DNA from: Bigelowiella natans CCMP2755
Lineage: Eukaryota; Protista; Cercozoa
Direction of reading: 5' to 3'
Length of the DNA stretch: 64,000 bases
Assembly (NCBI GenBank): GCA_000320545.1
Contig: ADNK01003501.1
Coordinates: 12,887 to 76,886 of the forward strand
A program made the translations under genes and the position numbers. Positions 39,521-52,379 of the stretch are shown here, in pieces. Under the pieces are notes generated by a model. That model had not been told where the DNA came from and made no database searches. It saw only the letters and a list, made by a program, of their open reading frames with translations. The first letter of the stretch is position 1; every line of letters begins with the position of its first letter.

Positions 39521-40503
39521 AGCACGAAAGTAGTCGTAATGACACAGTTTGTTATTCTTATTGCATCCAATTTCTCCAACAAAGTTATCGTCATTCTTCC
39601 TCTTTGATTCGTTTAAGAGTCTTACTCTTAAAACCATCATCCTCACCATCGTGCAAGCTGTAAGTAGCGTTCATTTGCACAACCCCTCTAAGTATCTGCA
39701 CAGCATAGTTCTTTAGATTCAAAGTGTACTTTTGAGATACTACTAAATCATGATCACTCCAATCTGAATATTACATGACAAAACAATCCCAAATCAGATG
39801 CTGTAACCAAGAACACGTTAGGTTTGGACGTATTATCCAATAATTGTAGCCTTTCTACTACTACTACCACGTGCTACTGCAACAACTAACATTGCATCAT
39901 TACCATCTTTAGAGTCACCAGCAGCGGTAGTGGTCGTAGTAGTAGTGGTAGCATCTTCCCACAGGAAGAACATCTCCACGTACTTGTCAAACACAGCATA
40001 AAGTCTCCACAACCCTGATGCACAATAACATAATGAGTAGTAAGAGAAATAGTCAATAGTAGTAGAAGAAGAAGAAGAAGAGGAAGAAGAAGAAGTAGAA
40101 AAAGCAGATTTGGATGACTGCAGTAGAAGACTGCTATCTATCATATCTACCACCTTCATCGAACGAGTGCAGCTTTGCGCCAGTTTTCTCCATCATTGTG
40201 AAGAGGTCTTATGATAGGCAAATAGTAGTAGTAGCACACAACACAAGTTTAGTAGGAACAGGTAAACAACAAGTACTAAAAACAATAAGCTAGTTTTAGT
40301 ACTGCTACTCATTGCTCAAAACAGCATAGAGTTTGATAACGCTTGTTGTCTCAGTCGTTGTTGTTGTTGATGTTGTTGTTGTTGTCACACACACACACAC
40401 ACACATACACGACGACCAGCAAGCAACATATTGATGAATTCTTTAATGACAAGCAGCAAGAAGCAGCAACATATTGATGGATTCTTAAGGCCTTCTTCTT
40501 CTT

Positions 40504-40535
<32 letters not shown>

Positions 40536-41040
40536 CCTGATACTCAGAGCGAATATCTCTCTCTTTGTCGTCATCCAAAGTGCTTATATCTGCTTTGGTT
40601 GTTGTACCCTCCAGATGATCTTGGTGAGTAGTGGTAGTAGTAGTAGTAGTAGTAGTAGTAATAGTAGTAGTATTTACCCCTGTCATTCCTTCTAATTCTT
40701 TTGATGAGGTTGTTGCCATTGTTGCAGAATCTACTTGCTGCCTCTCTTTCTGTGGGGTTTCTTCCTTTCTCACCGTCATCTTCATCTTCTCCATTTTATT
40801 CTTCTGCTTTTTCTGCTTGAGTATTCTGCACCATTCTTCTTTGTGCTCTTGCATTGAGTCTTTTACAGCGGCGAAAATAGCTGTGACACCAATCGTATTT
40901 TCATTGCAGAGTAGTAGGTAGACAATAAGGAATGATAACAATACATGAAGAATGAGTTATGATGATAATAATGACGCAATAAGTAGTACCATGATTTTGT
41001 TAAAGGAAGGAGGAAGCAGATGGAAAGAATAGTAGTATCC

Positions 41041-41077
<37 letters not shown>

Positions 41078-42427
41078 CTCGAAGAAACCAACCCCCACGT
41101 TCATCATATAAAATACACCTCACATCAGCGCATTGATAATCCAAAGGGCAGGGCAGTAGTATAATAGTAATTCGAATGATTATTGCATAATGCAACTGGT
41201 AGCAACTGAATGAAGAAAGAAATATTGCTGCTGCTTCTTCTTCTTCTTCTTCTTCTTCTTCTTCTTCTTCTGTAACATTCTCCAGCAATATACTAAGCCA
41301 CGACAACCATACTTACATAGATTTTGGCATAATTCCTGGAATTCAGGAAGAAGAGATGAGATTTTGTCTCTTAATCTTGCTGGACTCAACACGCTGCTTT
41401 CTGGTTTTTCTGCTTCTAATCTTGCAAACTCCCCTGAATAATCAATGAATGAATAATCCCTAGCAGGACCAACAAGAGTGCGTAGGTGTCTATGTGTGTG
41501 TGTGCGTGTGTGTGTGCCGTCGTTTTACCATATGATTGCTGCTTTGGCATACTACTCGCTGCTGCTGCTTCAGAACTGCTGCTGCTGCTGCCGCTGCTGC
41601 TTTTGGTTTGAGATTGTTCTTTCTTCTTCTTTGTGGTATCGTCAAAATTTAGTGGAGACGCCTGGGGTTGATGCTGTTCTCTTGCTGCTCTGCCTGTAGT
41701 CTGACTTGCTAGCCATGTTTTCGCCTCTTTCCCCTTCGTTAACACATTATTTGTGGTAGATGAAGATATTCTAAGAGGGTCAAGCCGAACTGTTTTCTTC
41801 CTTGATATCATGGTCGTCATCGTGACATCATTTGTGCTTTGAAAGATCCTCTGATCTCCTTGAAGACGCATTGAATCGAATGCGTTCTGAGATTATATTC
41901 ATGATAATGCACCATCATTGTTCGACGATTGCAGGTCTCATCAAAGATCATATTTTCTGATTACTATCGGCACTAAATGATTTACTATTCTTTTCTGCAC
42001 TTTATCGAAAGTTTCCAACAACCCAAAACCATTCTAGATCATTCGTAACAACATGCCACCGCAAAACTCAATAGTTACCTTCAAAACCCTGAATTTTTCA
42101 GCTTCTCTCGCCCTGTAGTCGAGAATTTGATTTTTTTCGATGGCTCGCACCCGCCTCTGCGGTGTGTGGATTGGGCGTGCCATACTTGCGTATTGCTGCC
42201 ACAGATAAAGTAGAAGAACGACGATGACGACAAGAATAGCGACGACATAACAAACGGTGGTGATGATCAGTATAAGCAAATCTCACATAGAAATGCTTTA
42301 ACATTCTAGTAACAAATACCCGCCATTGTGCAAAAGGGCTTGAGTGTTCTTCGTAACATTGTTGCTGCTGTTTATTCCACATCGGTAGACGTAGTCGATC
42401 CCACCACTCTTTCTTAAGATCTTGCAC
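39500..42427 (-). CDS. Hypothetical multi-exon protein
   Basis: Several coding-like minus-strand ORFs (42427-42034, 41871-41416, 40941-40351, 40159-39833) separated by microsatellite introns. No domain recognised; ends approximate. Confidence 0.35.
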
Positions 42428-44054
42428 GGCACCACCTCACATGCCAAGAAAATTGAAGGAATCTTGAGAGGAACATTTGATTTCTTACTTTTTCACCGGA
42501 AGCAACAAATAGGATTACTAGTACAAGGGAGTGTTGCTGGGGGCAGCTAAAAACTGATGAATGAATGAATGAATGAATGAATGAGGACGAATGATCTGGT
42601 ATGATAGAGCTATGTTGTCATTTATGATTGGATGATGATCTCTTTCTTATTTAGATCTATCTATCACCCGGTATGCCGGTATGTTCGTAGTATAGCAGTA
42701 GTAGTAGGGCAAATCATTCCTACGACTTGGTACTTAATGCCATTTTAATAATGAAACATAAAACAATAATAGTGTACTACTCAATACTTACAAGTTGGCC
42801 GTTACTATGGCTGCAGCAGTTATGAGTACGTGCTGCATGCAACAAAAGAATAACAATAATACATGTAAAACAAATACACTCTCCTCCTCCTCCTCCTCCT
42901 CCTCCTCCTCCTCCTCCTTCTCCACCTCACCAATAATCTCTCCCCTGTTCTCAGTGCCAATGATGTCCGATCTGAGACTTGATTTGGTTACCGACAGCAT
43001 CAGTGGTATTATCGCCGTTATCAAGAAGTAGAATCCTGGATCTCAGATCGAGCTGGATTGAAGGGAGCGGTAAAGCTGTCGAAGGATAACAAGCCAGGAC
43101 CTAGAATAGACAGGATGAACGGACACGCTACAGTAGAGTTCGGGGATAATACAAGTATCAGATGCTTTCTTCTTGGAGACGATCAGGCGATCTATGTTGG
43201 AGACACAGGATTCACAGTTGTATTTGATATAGCAAACTCCTTGATAGCGGCTTTCCGAATGAAAATTTTGTCTACAATCCAGGCCAAATGACTCACACAG
43301 GATTTGATGCTTGTGCATCATCAAATTCATCAGGCGTTATGTTGTACACACCAAGCAAAGCAAACCATGGCGTGCCAACACCTGAATTCAAAGCTCCAGT
43401 TGACGATCCCTTCACCGTACTTACAGAGCCGATTTTAATGCGGCCGAGCAACGGTCAATGGTATATCCATGATGCGTAGGGGGCAAAGAAACAAAAATAA
43501 GCACCGCCTGTACGTCTTTAAGGATGAACACCAAACTTGAAATTGGATAAATGCATAAGCCTCTCTCTGTCTCTAACACACATTTTCACAGCTCTCGAGG
43601 GGGGTTGGTTTTTGCTTTCGTTATCATATAGTAAGCAGCACATTACTAACATGCTGCTCAAAACAGCAAAAATGCTAACATATCATCAGATACTCCATGA
43701 ACGGTCATATTAAGTCCGAGTACAACTCTGAACTTCAGATACAGTTTTTGCCATTACAGTGCGTGTTATCCATTTCACATAGGCTGCTAGGCTAAATCAG
43801 GATATGGCCGAGTCAAAAACGATATTTCAAAGATTCCTACAAACACGCACATATATTTCATTCACGCGCTCTAGTTTATCGCTCGTCCTATCAGGAAAAT
43901 TGGTGGAAATTCTCGTTTACGATTAACTCCTTCCAACGTACGTCGGCAAAGAATGCTACTTATCATCATTTGGCCCAAGATATGCTCCATCTCATCAATT
44001 TCCCACAAACGCCCCGACTTGTACTTGCCCTTCCTTATCATCTGCGCACTGCTG

Positions 44055-44511
44055 TCTCGGACGGCGTGAAAGGCCAGATGGACAAATGCCAAGAACTCAT
44101 CAAGAAGACAGCTGAGGATCAAAAGGCGGAACTCACAGCATGTCCAAAAAACTACCTGGCCATCGATGGAGCAATGAATTTTCGGACACTGTGTCAAGTT
44201 GCGATTAGCAGCAAGAAGTCTGTCGGCAAAGCACACGTTGATGAACTGATTTCATTCGTGCATCAAAAGCGGAGAAAGCTCGAGTGTTTTTTCCACTTCC
44301 CCACTCGACAGCAGAATGTTTCAGCATTTCGTTTGCAAGAGACTTTGAAAAAAAGGCTGTCGAGCTAGCAGAGTGCTGAGTTGTTGGCATCAATGTGACA
44401 GAAATGGTTGAGGACGCACGGAAAAAGAAAAGCAAGATCATGGCTAGCCAATGGCGGCGAAAAAGTGTGTGATGTGGGCAATGGCGCGATGCTCTGGCGA
44501 TGATTTTTTGC
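44055..44511 (+). repeat. Dispersed direct repeat, copy Y
   Basis: Near-identical to 38593-39057, with weaker similarity continuing to about 44725/39210. Confidence 0.9.
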
Positions 44512-44856
44512 CATGTCATTTCAACACAGATCACTTTGATGAAAGACATGTGAGATGGATGTGACAATGTGATCAAGTCTTTTCAATGATCATCCTGATC
44601 TAGCTGTGCTGCTTTGCATCTGTTGTGCCTGTTGTGGTGTCATTCTAGCAATTCAGTTCGCCAGTCCGCAGTGCTGAAGCAGGTGATGTTTTGGGTGGCG
44701 AATTTTTCGGCATTTTCCCCACTCTGGCACTGATTGCAGTTGGGAATTGGAAACTGGGGTCAGGTGGACACCCCTCCAGCCTGCTGCTGCGCACATGCGG
44801 GAAGACAATTGGAAAATGATGGCCTCGATCCGTCTCATGCGTGCCCAAGCCATTCT

Positions 44857-45475
44857 TGTGGTCAGTCTGCGACCACCAAGTGCATGTAGGTGCGCATGCG
44901 CGTGCATGAGTGCAAATGGGAGTGCACGTTGTGCTTTGTCATGTCTCACATTTTCATGCAGGCATGCTCTGATGGGTTCAGGCTGCGTCTGCTGTGGCTC
45001 AGCTGGTCACACAGGGGCATGCAACGTGAGTTGCATGCCCAGAAACATTGATTGCAGGAGGGGGCGCACGTGCAGCGGAAAACGTCCATCTCGGTCAGCA
45101 AACCGTGGATGTTTTCCAGGAGCACCCTCGGTGTTTCACTTGCGACAAGGAGTCGGCCTAGGTGGTGAGGTGGTGTGACATTTCAGGGAAAAATGGCGGG
45201 GATTTTTCCCGAATTTTCAGGCAACTGTGACACGCAGCGTGCTGCTGATGGGGATGCTGTGTGTCCAGCGCACGACGTGCATTGGCGCACAAGTGGCCAG
45301 TTTGGCATGCTCCAAACGACCCGCAAGCAAGCGGCGAGCTTTCTCCTTTTGCAGTTTGCTCGTGCACGATCAGCTCACGTCACACGTTCAACAGGGCATC
45401 AGTTTTGTGGACTCAAGCATTGCCAAAGTTTGCATGAGCACGGTTGTGTTGCAAGCGCTGCGCAATGCAACTGCA
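44857..45475 (+). repeat. 5' LTR of A1
   Basis: TG..CA ends; homologous to the A2 LTR; followed by the PBS. Confidence 0.9.
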
Positions 45476-45499
45476 CTGGCAGCGGACGAACCACGTTGA

Positions 45500-48400
45500 A
45501 TGGTGGATCAAGGGAACTCGATTGGGTCTCAGGACGTGACCAGGGACCATGTGGAGGGAGCTGAGGGCAAGGAGACCAAGTTGGAAAAATCGGAAGTTTG
45601 GACGGGAGGTGATGGGCTTCGGGAAGGTGTCCCGGTGGCTCAGCCCGTGGCTTCTGAGCGTTCACACAAGCTTGGAACGGGCGCCCGGCACTCCCTGACC
45701 GTGGAGGATGTTTTGGAGCAGTTTGGGAACTTGGATGTTCACGATGGCCGACGGGTTGCAAAGAGTGTCTTGCACTGCGACGGTGTCGATGAAAACGTGG
45801 ACAACTTGGTCAAAGTGACAACCAATGACTTGGAATCGCGGGAGTTTGCACTTCATCGTTGCATGGACAAAGGGGCAACTTTGCGAACTTGGGCCTGCAC
45901 GCTCGAGAAAAGCAGAGACCCGGATTGTGCTCCACCAGGCATGCTGGAGACGAAGGAGCGGAAGGCCAAGCAGCAGCCTTTTGTTCGGGACGTTGCGGGC
46001 GCTGTCGATTCATTTCGACGGCACTGCCCGATCAAAGGGAAGCTGTGTGTGGCCACTGTGAGTCCACCACAGTTTCGCAGGAAAGCTCGTGGGCTTTGCA
46101 ATGAAATTGAAGCACGTGCTGCTTCAGTCGGTCAAACCGACTTGGGGTTCGGTTGTGAGTGTTTCCAGACGTGTTTGTCCTCTCACGTGCTTGAGAGGCT
46201 TCGTCGGGAAGCAGCAAGGAACCGGCATGACTCAGAGACTCCAGAAGGTCAGTTTGAGATGGCCCTGGAGCATCCATGCGATGAGGAGGACAAAGACAAG
46301 CTTCAGCGGGACTTCGAGGATGAGCTCGATTTCCTGCGGCGAAAGCGGTGTCGATGTGTTGATGCGATGCACCGGCAGTTTGGCGAGCTCGTGCTGGAGT
46401 TTGCTGGGCCACGTTTTGGCCATGCCAACAAGTTGCGGTGCTTCCAGCGCTCACTGGCAGGCCATCAGCTGTGCGACAGGTGTTCATCGCGCCACTCAAT
46501 GGGTTCAGGCCGCACGACGTCGATGAGCTTGTTGAGTGTTTGAGGCCGCTGGAGGAGAGCTGTTGTGATTTTGAAGCTCACCCTCTTCATTCCAATGCTT
46601 CCACAGTCACAGGACCTGCGGTGCAGCGCGAATGCGTGCACTTCAAGCGTGGGAAGTGCAATCACGGTGACAAGTGCAAACTTTTGCACGTCAAGCAGAA
46701 CACTTCAAGTGAGCAGAAAACCAAGAAGTGCACGCAGGAGCAGCTTGATGGGATGAAAAATCAAGACTGTGGGCTTTGCTTGAAAGGCAAGTGCCATCGT
46801 GGGGACAAGTGCAAGTTCCGCCATGGTGCTGGGAGTCTCGAAGCTGCTGGAGGGGTGCCTGTGGGCTTGCCCTCCCACACCTGTGAGGAGTCTGCTGATG
46901 CTCCAAGGCAAAACGTGGAAGCATCGCTCCTCCAGATCAACTCCCAGTCACTTCCTGAGTTGATCAAAGAAAGTGAGCAGCGTCACTGTGAACGAGACCC
47001 AAGTTTGAGGTCTCGCAAGAAAGTTGAATGCTTCCTGCAGGCGGACGATGGCGCCGTTGCAGTGCTTGGTTTGGTCGATGATGGGGCCCAACCCACTGCC
47101 ATTTCAGAGGCTCTGCACCAAAAGTCAAAATCGGCTGGTGTCAAGTTTGCTCACCGTCCGATGGTTGGGGAGGCAGGAGGCTCAAGTTCATCGATTGAGA
47201 ACAAAACTTTGCGAGAAGTCGATTTCACGGTCCAGATGAAAAAACGTGAAAAGCATGGAGCGCGTGTTGAGCTCCGCACTTGTGCTCTGGTGCCACTTGG
47301 ACCGGTCTCGCAGGACTTTGCACTGGGCATTGGTGCCCTTGACACGAATGGCATCAATTTTGTTGAGGATCCTGACCCAGCAAAGCGAGTGGCAACGATC
47401 AATGGTGAAATCGTTGACTCACATCCGTGCAGCGTTGACGTGACGTCAGCGACTGTTGCAACCGTTGTGGGGATGGATGTGCCTCCAATGGCGGCGGCAG
47501 CTCCCGGCGAGATTTGTGGCATGGATGCAAGCCTTGCGGGAGAGTTGCCGGGAGTGGAGGAGGTGTCGTCAGTGGTGCGCAAAGAGCTGGCGGATGCCGT
47601 GGATCGTGGTTTCGTGAGTGATCGTGACCACGTGATCAAAGCACAAGGTTTGCCGGACATCGACATTGAATCGATGGCAAACCCCATCCAATCAGGTGGA
47701 GTGCTTCTCCAGCGATTGTCCAGCATTGCACCGCTGTCAGAGTTTGGCGACCAACGTGCAGTCGCCAACTCTGACTTGGTGAGCGGCCACGTGCTGGACA
47801 TGCTCGATCGCTTGGAGCGAGAGATGGTTGCGAAAGAGAGCTTGCTGCCTGGTTCACAGCAGTTCCATTGCCTTCGCACTGTCGTGTGCCGCTTCCGGAA
47901 GCACTTTGTCACAAAACTGCCGGAGGTGGGCAAGCACGAGCTGCGGGAACCGCACGATGTTGAGCGGTGGCTGAAGCCGGACTGCAAGCCGGTTCGCCAG
48001 CGGCCTTGCCACTTGGAGCCGAACAAACTCAAGCTTGTGAAGCTCAAGCTGGACCAAGTGGCAAGCGATGGGTCGTGTTGCAAAGCAACAAGCAACACAT
48101 CGGAGTGGGCATCGCCGGCTTTCTGTGTGCGTGACGAAGGAAAGGCATTGCCGCGCGTGGTGGTGGCGATGGGCCGCTCAAGTGAGCTCGTGGAGCTTGT
48201 GCACGCTGTTTGCCCGGTGACTCGGGATGCAGCAAGGAAATCAATGAACGCTCAATGGGCAATGGTCTCTGACAGCAAAGCTGCATGGAGACAGCTTGGT
48301 GTGACCGAGTGCACGAAATCAGTGTTCGCACTTGTCACTCCACTTGCATCCTTTGCAAGCGAGGGCTTGCCGATGGGATGCAAGAACGCTCCTCAAGTTT

Positions 48401-51400
48401 GGGTCGAGGAGGTGGCCACGAGATTCCTCGTGGGTGCACCAGGAGCTGTCATCCACTTCGACGACTTCTTCACTCTTGGACAGTCGCCGGTGCAAGCGCT
48501 CGCAGGTTTTGCCAAACTTGTGCAGCAGTGTGAAAAACACGACAACCATCAAAGTGCCACCAAATCGCACGTTTTTCCTGAGCGACTGGCGGCAGCAGGT
48601 TCAATCAAGGAGGCGAGGACGCACTGCCCCGATCCCAAGCGTGCGGTGGCTGTGGACAAGCCAGAGCGTCCAACAAAAGGGAGGCGGTTCTCAAAGCACG
48701 TGCGCCGTCTTGCAGGTTTGTTCACTCATTGCTTGGAATGCACGAAAGGCTTTTGGCAGGTCACTGCGCCGATCAAGCAGCTGCTCATGCAAGGCGCGGA
48801 ACAAGCATGGAAGGAGGAGCACGATGAAAGTTTGGCTGCACCAAAGGACGTGCTGAAGAAGGCAGTGTCACACGTGCCTGGTCACAAAGCTGTCTCCACG
48901 AACCAGCCCTTCATCCTTGGTGCTGACGCGTCTGATGTTGCTGGAGGTGCTGCGCTTTCCCAGGTGATTGGAGGGAGTGAGCGTCTGCTGGCTTGCTGCT
49001 CCTTCGCTTGGAAAACGAACGAGTGAAGCTGGCACGTTGCACGTGAAGAGCTTGCGGCTGGGGCGAAGGGGCTTCACAGGTTCCAGCACATTGCGAAAGG
49101 CTGCCCGATTTCAATTCGCATGGATGCGAAAACGGCGCGGTGTTTCGCGCTCCATGGGATGGGTGAAGTGCAGCTGCCACGTGCAAGGCCAAGTGCTGCG
49201 TGCTCTGGATGTCCGCTGGTGGACACCCAGCATAGAAAGGAGGAAAAGCATGCCAATGCAGATCCTTTCTCGAGGCCGGATGCCGACGAAACTCGCGACG
49301 AAAGGAAGTCGCATCGGCAGTCGCTGGCCTCTCTTTTCCCGCTTCGTGCGGAGGCGGCGAAGCAAGAGGAAAAGCTGGCACAACCTGCAGCTTCTCTCTC
49401 CTCTTGCCCAGCCAACGAGACGATGATTGACTGTGAAGTCCCTCACCTCTCTGTTTGCTCTGTGGAGCCACAGCCTTGGGCGTGCTGTGCCACAGAAGTG
49501 AAGACATCGACGACGCTGTCCGACATTGACTTGGAGCAGCAGCGTCGCGATTTTGAGAAAGTCATTGATGCTCTGGAGGATGAGAAGGATGCCAATCATC
49601 TTCTCGTTTCCTCCAAGTGCAAAGTGGCTTCTGGCAAGCTGTGCCACAAGGGCTCCTTCCAATTGGGAGGAGACATGCCGCTGCAGCTTTGTGCACCTGT
49701 GGATGAACGGCAGGAGGTGCTGCAGGCGTGCCACGTGGACAACGTGGCGAATCATCGTGATGCTGATGGTCTCGCCAGGAAGGTTCTGCGCGGCTGTCAC
49801 TGGGTTGGAGTCCAGAAAGCCTGTCGCAGATTTGCAAAGCAGTGCCAGGTCTGCACACGTGCGAAAACGCGTGTGAAGCAGGCGCCTCACTTGCAGCGTG
49901 GTGACCGGGAAATCAATGGCACGATTGCAGTGGATGCGATCGGCCCGGTCGACGGCGCCAAGCACTGCACGCAGACGCCATGCGTTGTGGCCATTGGCTG
50001 CACACATGCGAGGGCGGTGAAGCGCACGAGCTCAGCGCGCACGGCGGATTTCATCACGTCGCACACGTCAAAACACGGATGCCCAAAGCAGATTGTTGTC
50101 GACCAAGGGCCGGAGAACGTGGGTGTGAGTGGTTTTTGCCTTTGAACCACTCGTGGTTCGCGAACTGCGAGTGGTTCAAAGGCAAAAACCACTCACACAA
50201 AAGGAAAGGTCGTGTGATCGAACTGATCAACCCGTTCTCCTTCCGAGGACACCGCCTCTGATTCGCACGCTCCAGGTTGCACGTTGGCTGCTTGTCTTCT
50301 TTGTCTTCTTTTTGAACTTGTTTTTTTCTTGTCTTGTTCACTCAGAGATTGCTTCTTCCTCACATTGCATTTTTGATTTTTGGAATTTTCTCATTTTTGC
50401 TCCAGACCCGACTTTTTTTTGTTTCAACTTCATTGACCACTTTTGCTTCCTGACCAAGCTTCGATCCCGTGACCTTGCCTTTTCTGTGAGTGGTTTTTGC
50501 CTTTGAACCACTCGTGGTTCGCGAACTGCGAGTGGTTCAAAGGCAAAAATCACTCACAGTGGGTGAAATTGTGCAGCACTTGCAGAACCGGCTTCGTCTC
50601 AAGTTCGTTGAGACACCTGCTGAAAATGGCCAGGGGAGTGCTGCATTGGAGCGGAAGCATCGGCCCATTGACAATGGGACAATGGCGAAGCTTCTTCAAA
50701 ACGTGGACGATCGACACAACTGGCATGAACGTTTGGAAGTGATCACGTTTGGTGTGAACACCACAACGGACAAGTGTGGGCATTCACCGGCTCACCTCAC
50801 GTTCGGACACCAGCCAAAGTTCGTGGCTGACGTGGAGAGCAAGTCTGTGGCGGCTCCAGGGACAGGGGACCTGGATCAGCGGATCCAGGATCTGGAAAAG
50901 CTGCGGCTGCTGCGTGCCACTCTGAAGGAGGATCACAAATTGGCAAAAAACTTCCGGAGGAACGAGAAACTCAACACGCAGGACGATTGTCGTGTTGGGG
51001 ATGTGGTGTGGCTTTTTCGCAAGAAAAACCGCAAAGATGATGCGGTTGCAAAAAAATGCGAGGTTGAAAAGACTGGGCCTGTCACCATCGTGGCAAGGAG
51101 CAGTCGCTCCCGTGCACATCAAGTCATTGGCCCAAAGACAGGGTGCACTGATGACGTCCATGCGAAGTGTCTTTCGCCACGTGGTGCACTTGTCCCGCCA
51201 CCAGAAGTGCGCCCGGTGGCTCCAGGTGCTGAGGAGAACTTTGCTGCCGACGAGGACGAGGCTGCAGAGAGTTCCTCGGACTCGTCGGATTCCCAGGGGC
51301 CTCCTGGTGACCGGATTTCGCGGGATGACGTTGTCCGGGGCAAGCGCAATGGGACGAGACCAACGGACATTGGTCCGTGCATTTCTCAGAACTTGGTGGT

Positions 51401-51437
51401 TTCGCAAACACACACTGCCATGCAAACAAATTGGTGA
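45500..51437 (+). pseudogene. Degenerate gag-pol of A1
   Basis: Four ORF pieces (347, 862, 341, 315 aa) align to the A2 polyprotein. Frameshift near 46480, TGA at 49024-49026, insertion at 50124-50558, native TAG stop changed to CAG. I found no Tyr in any of the four pieces. Confidence 0.92.
50124..50558. mobile_element. 435-bp non-autonomous mini-element with 74-bp palindromic terminal repeats and a 5-bp TSD
   Basis: GTGGG duplicated at 50119-50123 and 50559-50563 (single in A2); TGT..ACA ends; repeats at 50124-50197 and 50485-50558. Confidence 0.9.
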
Positions 51438-51563
51438 GTGGGGTGCAGGTGGTGAAAAATTTTTTTTCTTCCCTTTTCTTCTGAACTTCTTCCAGCGTGT
51501 GTGAATCTACTCACACGTTGTCACCTTTGAGTCAGGGGTGCAAAACTGGGGGGGGGGGGGCAG

Positions 51564-51741
51564 TGTGGTCAGTCTGCGACCACCAAGTGCATGCAGGTGC
51601 GCATGCGCATGCATGAGTGCAAATGGGAGTGCACGTTGTGCTTTGTTGCATCTCACACCTTCGTGCAGGCATGCTCACGTGGGTTCAGGCTGCATCCACT
51701 GTGGCTTGGCTGGTCACACAGGGGCATGCAACTCACGTTGC
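51564..51741 (+). repeat. Truncated 3' LTR of A1
   Basis: Matches the first ~180 bp of the A1 5' LTR; preceded by the PPT. Confidence 0.9.
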
Positions 51742-52353
51742 TGTGGTCAGTTTGCGACCACCAAATGCATGTAAGCGCGCATGTACATGCATAGCATAAA
51801 TGGTAGTGCATGCTGTGCTTTATTATATCTTACATTTGCATGTGAGCATGTTTATATAGGTTCAGGCTATCGTTCCTGTGCCTTAGTTAGTCATATAGGG
51901 GCATGTAACGTGAGTTACATGCCCGGAAATACAGTTATAGGAGGGGGCACGTGCAACTGGGAACATCCTTCTCGGTTGTTTCCCCAACCGTGGATGTTCC
52001 TAGGAGCACCCTCGGTATTTTACTTACGACATGGAGTCGGCCTACGTATTGTAATATTATAGGGAAAAATGGCCTACATTTTCCCTAATATTTTGGGCAA
52101 CTGCTGCTGCGTAGCATGTTGCTGCTGGGGACGCTGTGTGCCCAGCACATGATGTGTATTGGCGCGCAACGCGCTAGTTTAGCACACTCTAAAAGACCCG
52201 CAAGCAAGCGGTAAGCTTTCTCCTTTGGTAGTTTGCTCATGCATGCTCATGTCATGTTATCTATTCAACAGGGTTTTAGTTTTGTGGATTTAAAGCATTG
52301 TAAAAGCATACATTGCACAGTTGTGTTGTTAGCGCTGCGCAATACAACTACAC

Positions 52354-52365
52354 TGGTAGCGGACG
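52354..52365 (+). other. Primer-binding site TGGTAGCGGA.., probably for initiator tRNA-Met
   Basis: Starts 1 nt after the LTR end; TGGTAGC is complementary to a tRNA ending GCUACCA, as in Ty1/Ty3 iMet PBSs. Confidence 0.7.
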
Positions 52366-52379
52366 AACTACGTTGAACT

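Larger units (their letters stand above)
44857..51741 (+). mobile_element. Ty3/Gypsy-type LTR retrotransposon, old hypermutated copy A1 (3' LTR interrupted by A2)
   Basis: 5' LTR TGTGG..CTGCA 44857-45475; PBS TGGCAGCGGA from 45477; gag-PR-RT-RH-IN remnants; G-run PPT 51548-51560; 3' LTR starts at 51564. Colinear with A2. Confidence 0.93.

Noticed and set aside
42795-43479. Possible plus-strand gene or pseudogene fragments
   Set aside because: Short ORFs broken by stops with no recognisable motif; not enough to support a call.
50124-50558. CRISPR array or tRNA gene
   Set aside because: Only two 74-bp repeats flanked by a TSD. The tRNA-like motif is about 17 nt with no cloverleaf.
45500-51437. 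CpG methylation decay as the source of the CA/TG excess
   Set aside because: CpG remains abundant in A1 and the missing dinucleotide is TpA. Some individual sites may still be CpG-derived.
45500-51437. ADAR/APOBEC editing of retroelement RNA or cDNA, or DGR-type mutagenesis
   Set aside because: Changes occur on both strands, differ between the two LTRs, spare TAG and affect other repeats. There is no TR/VR arrangement.
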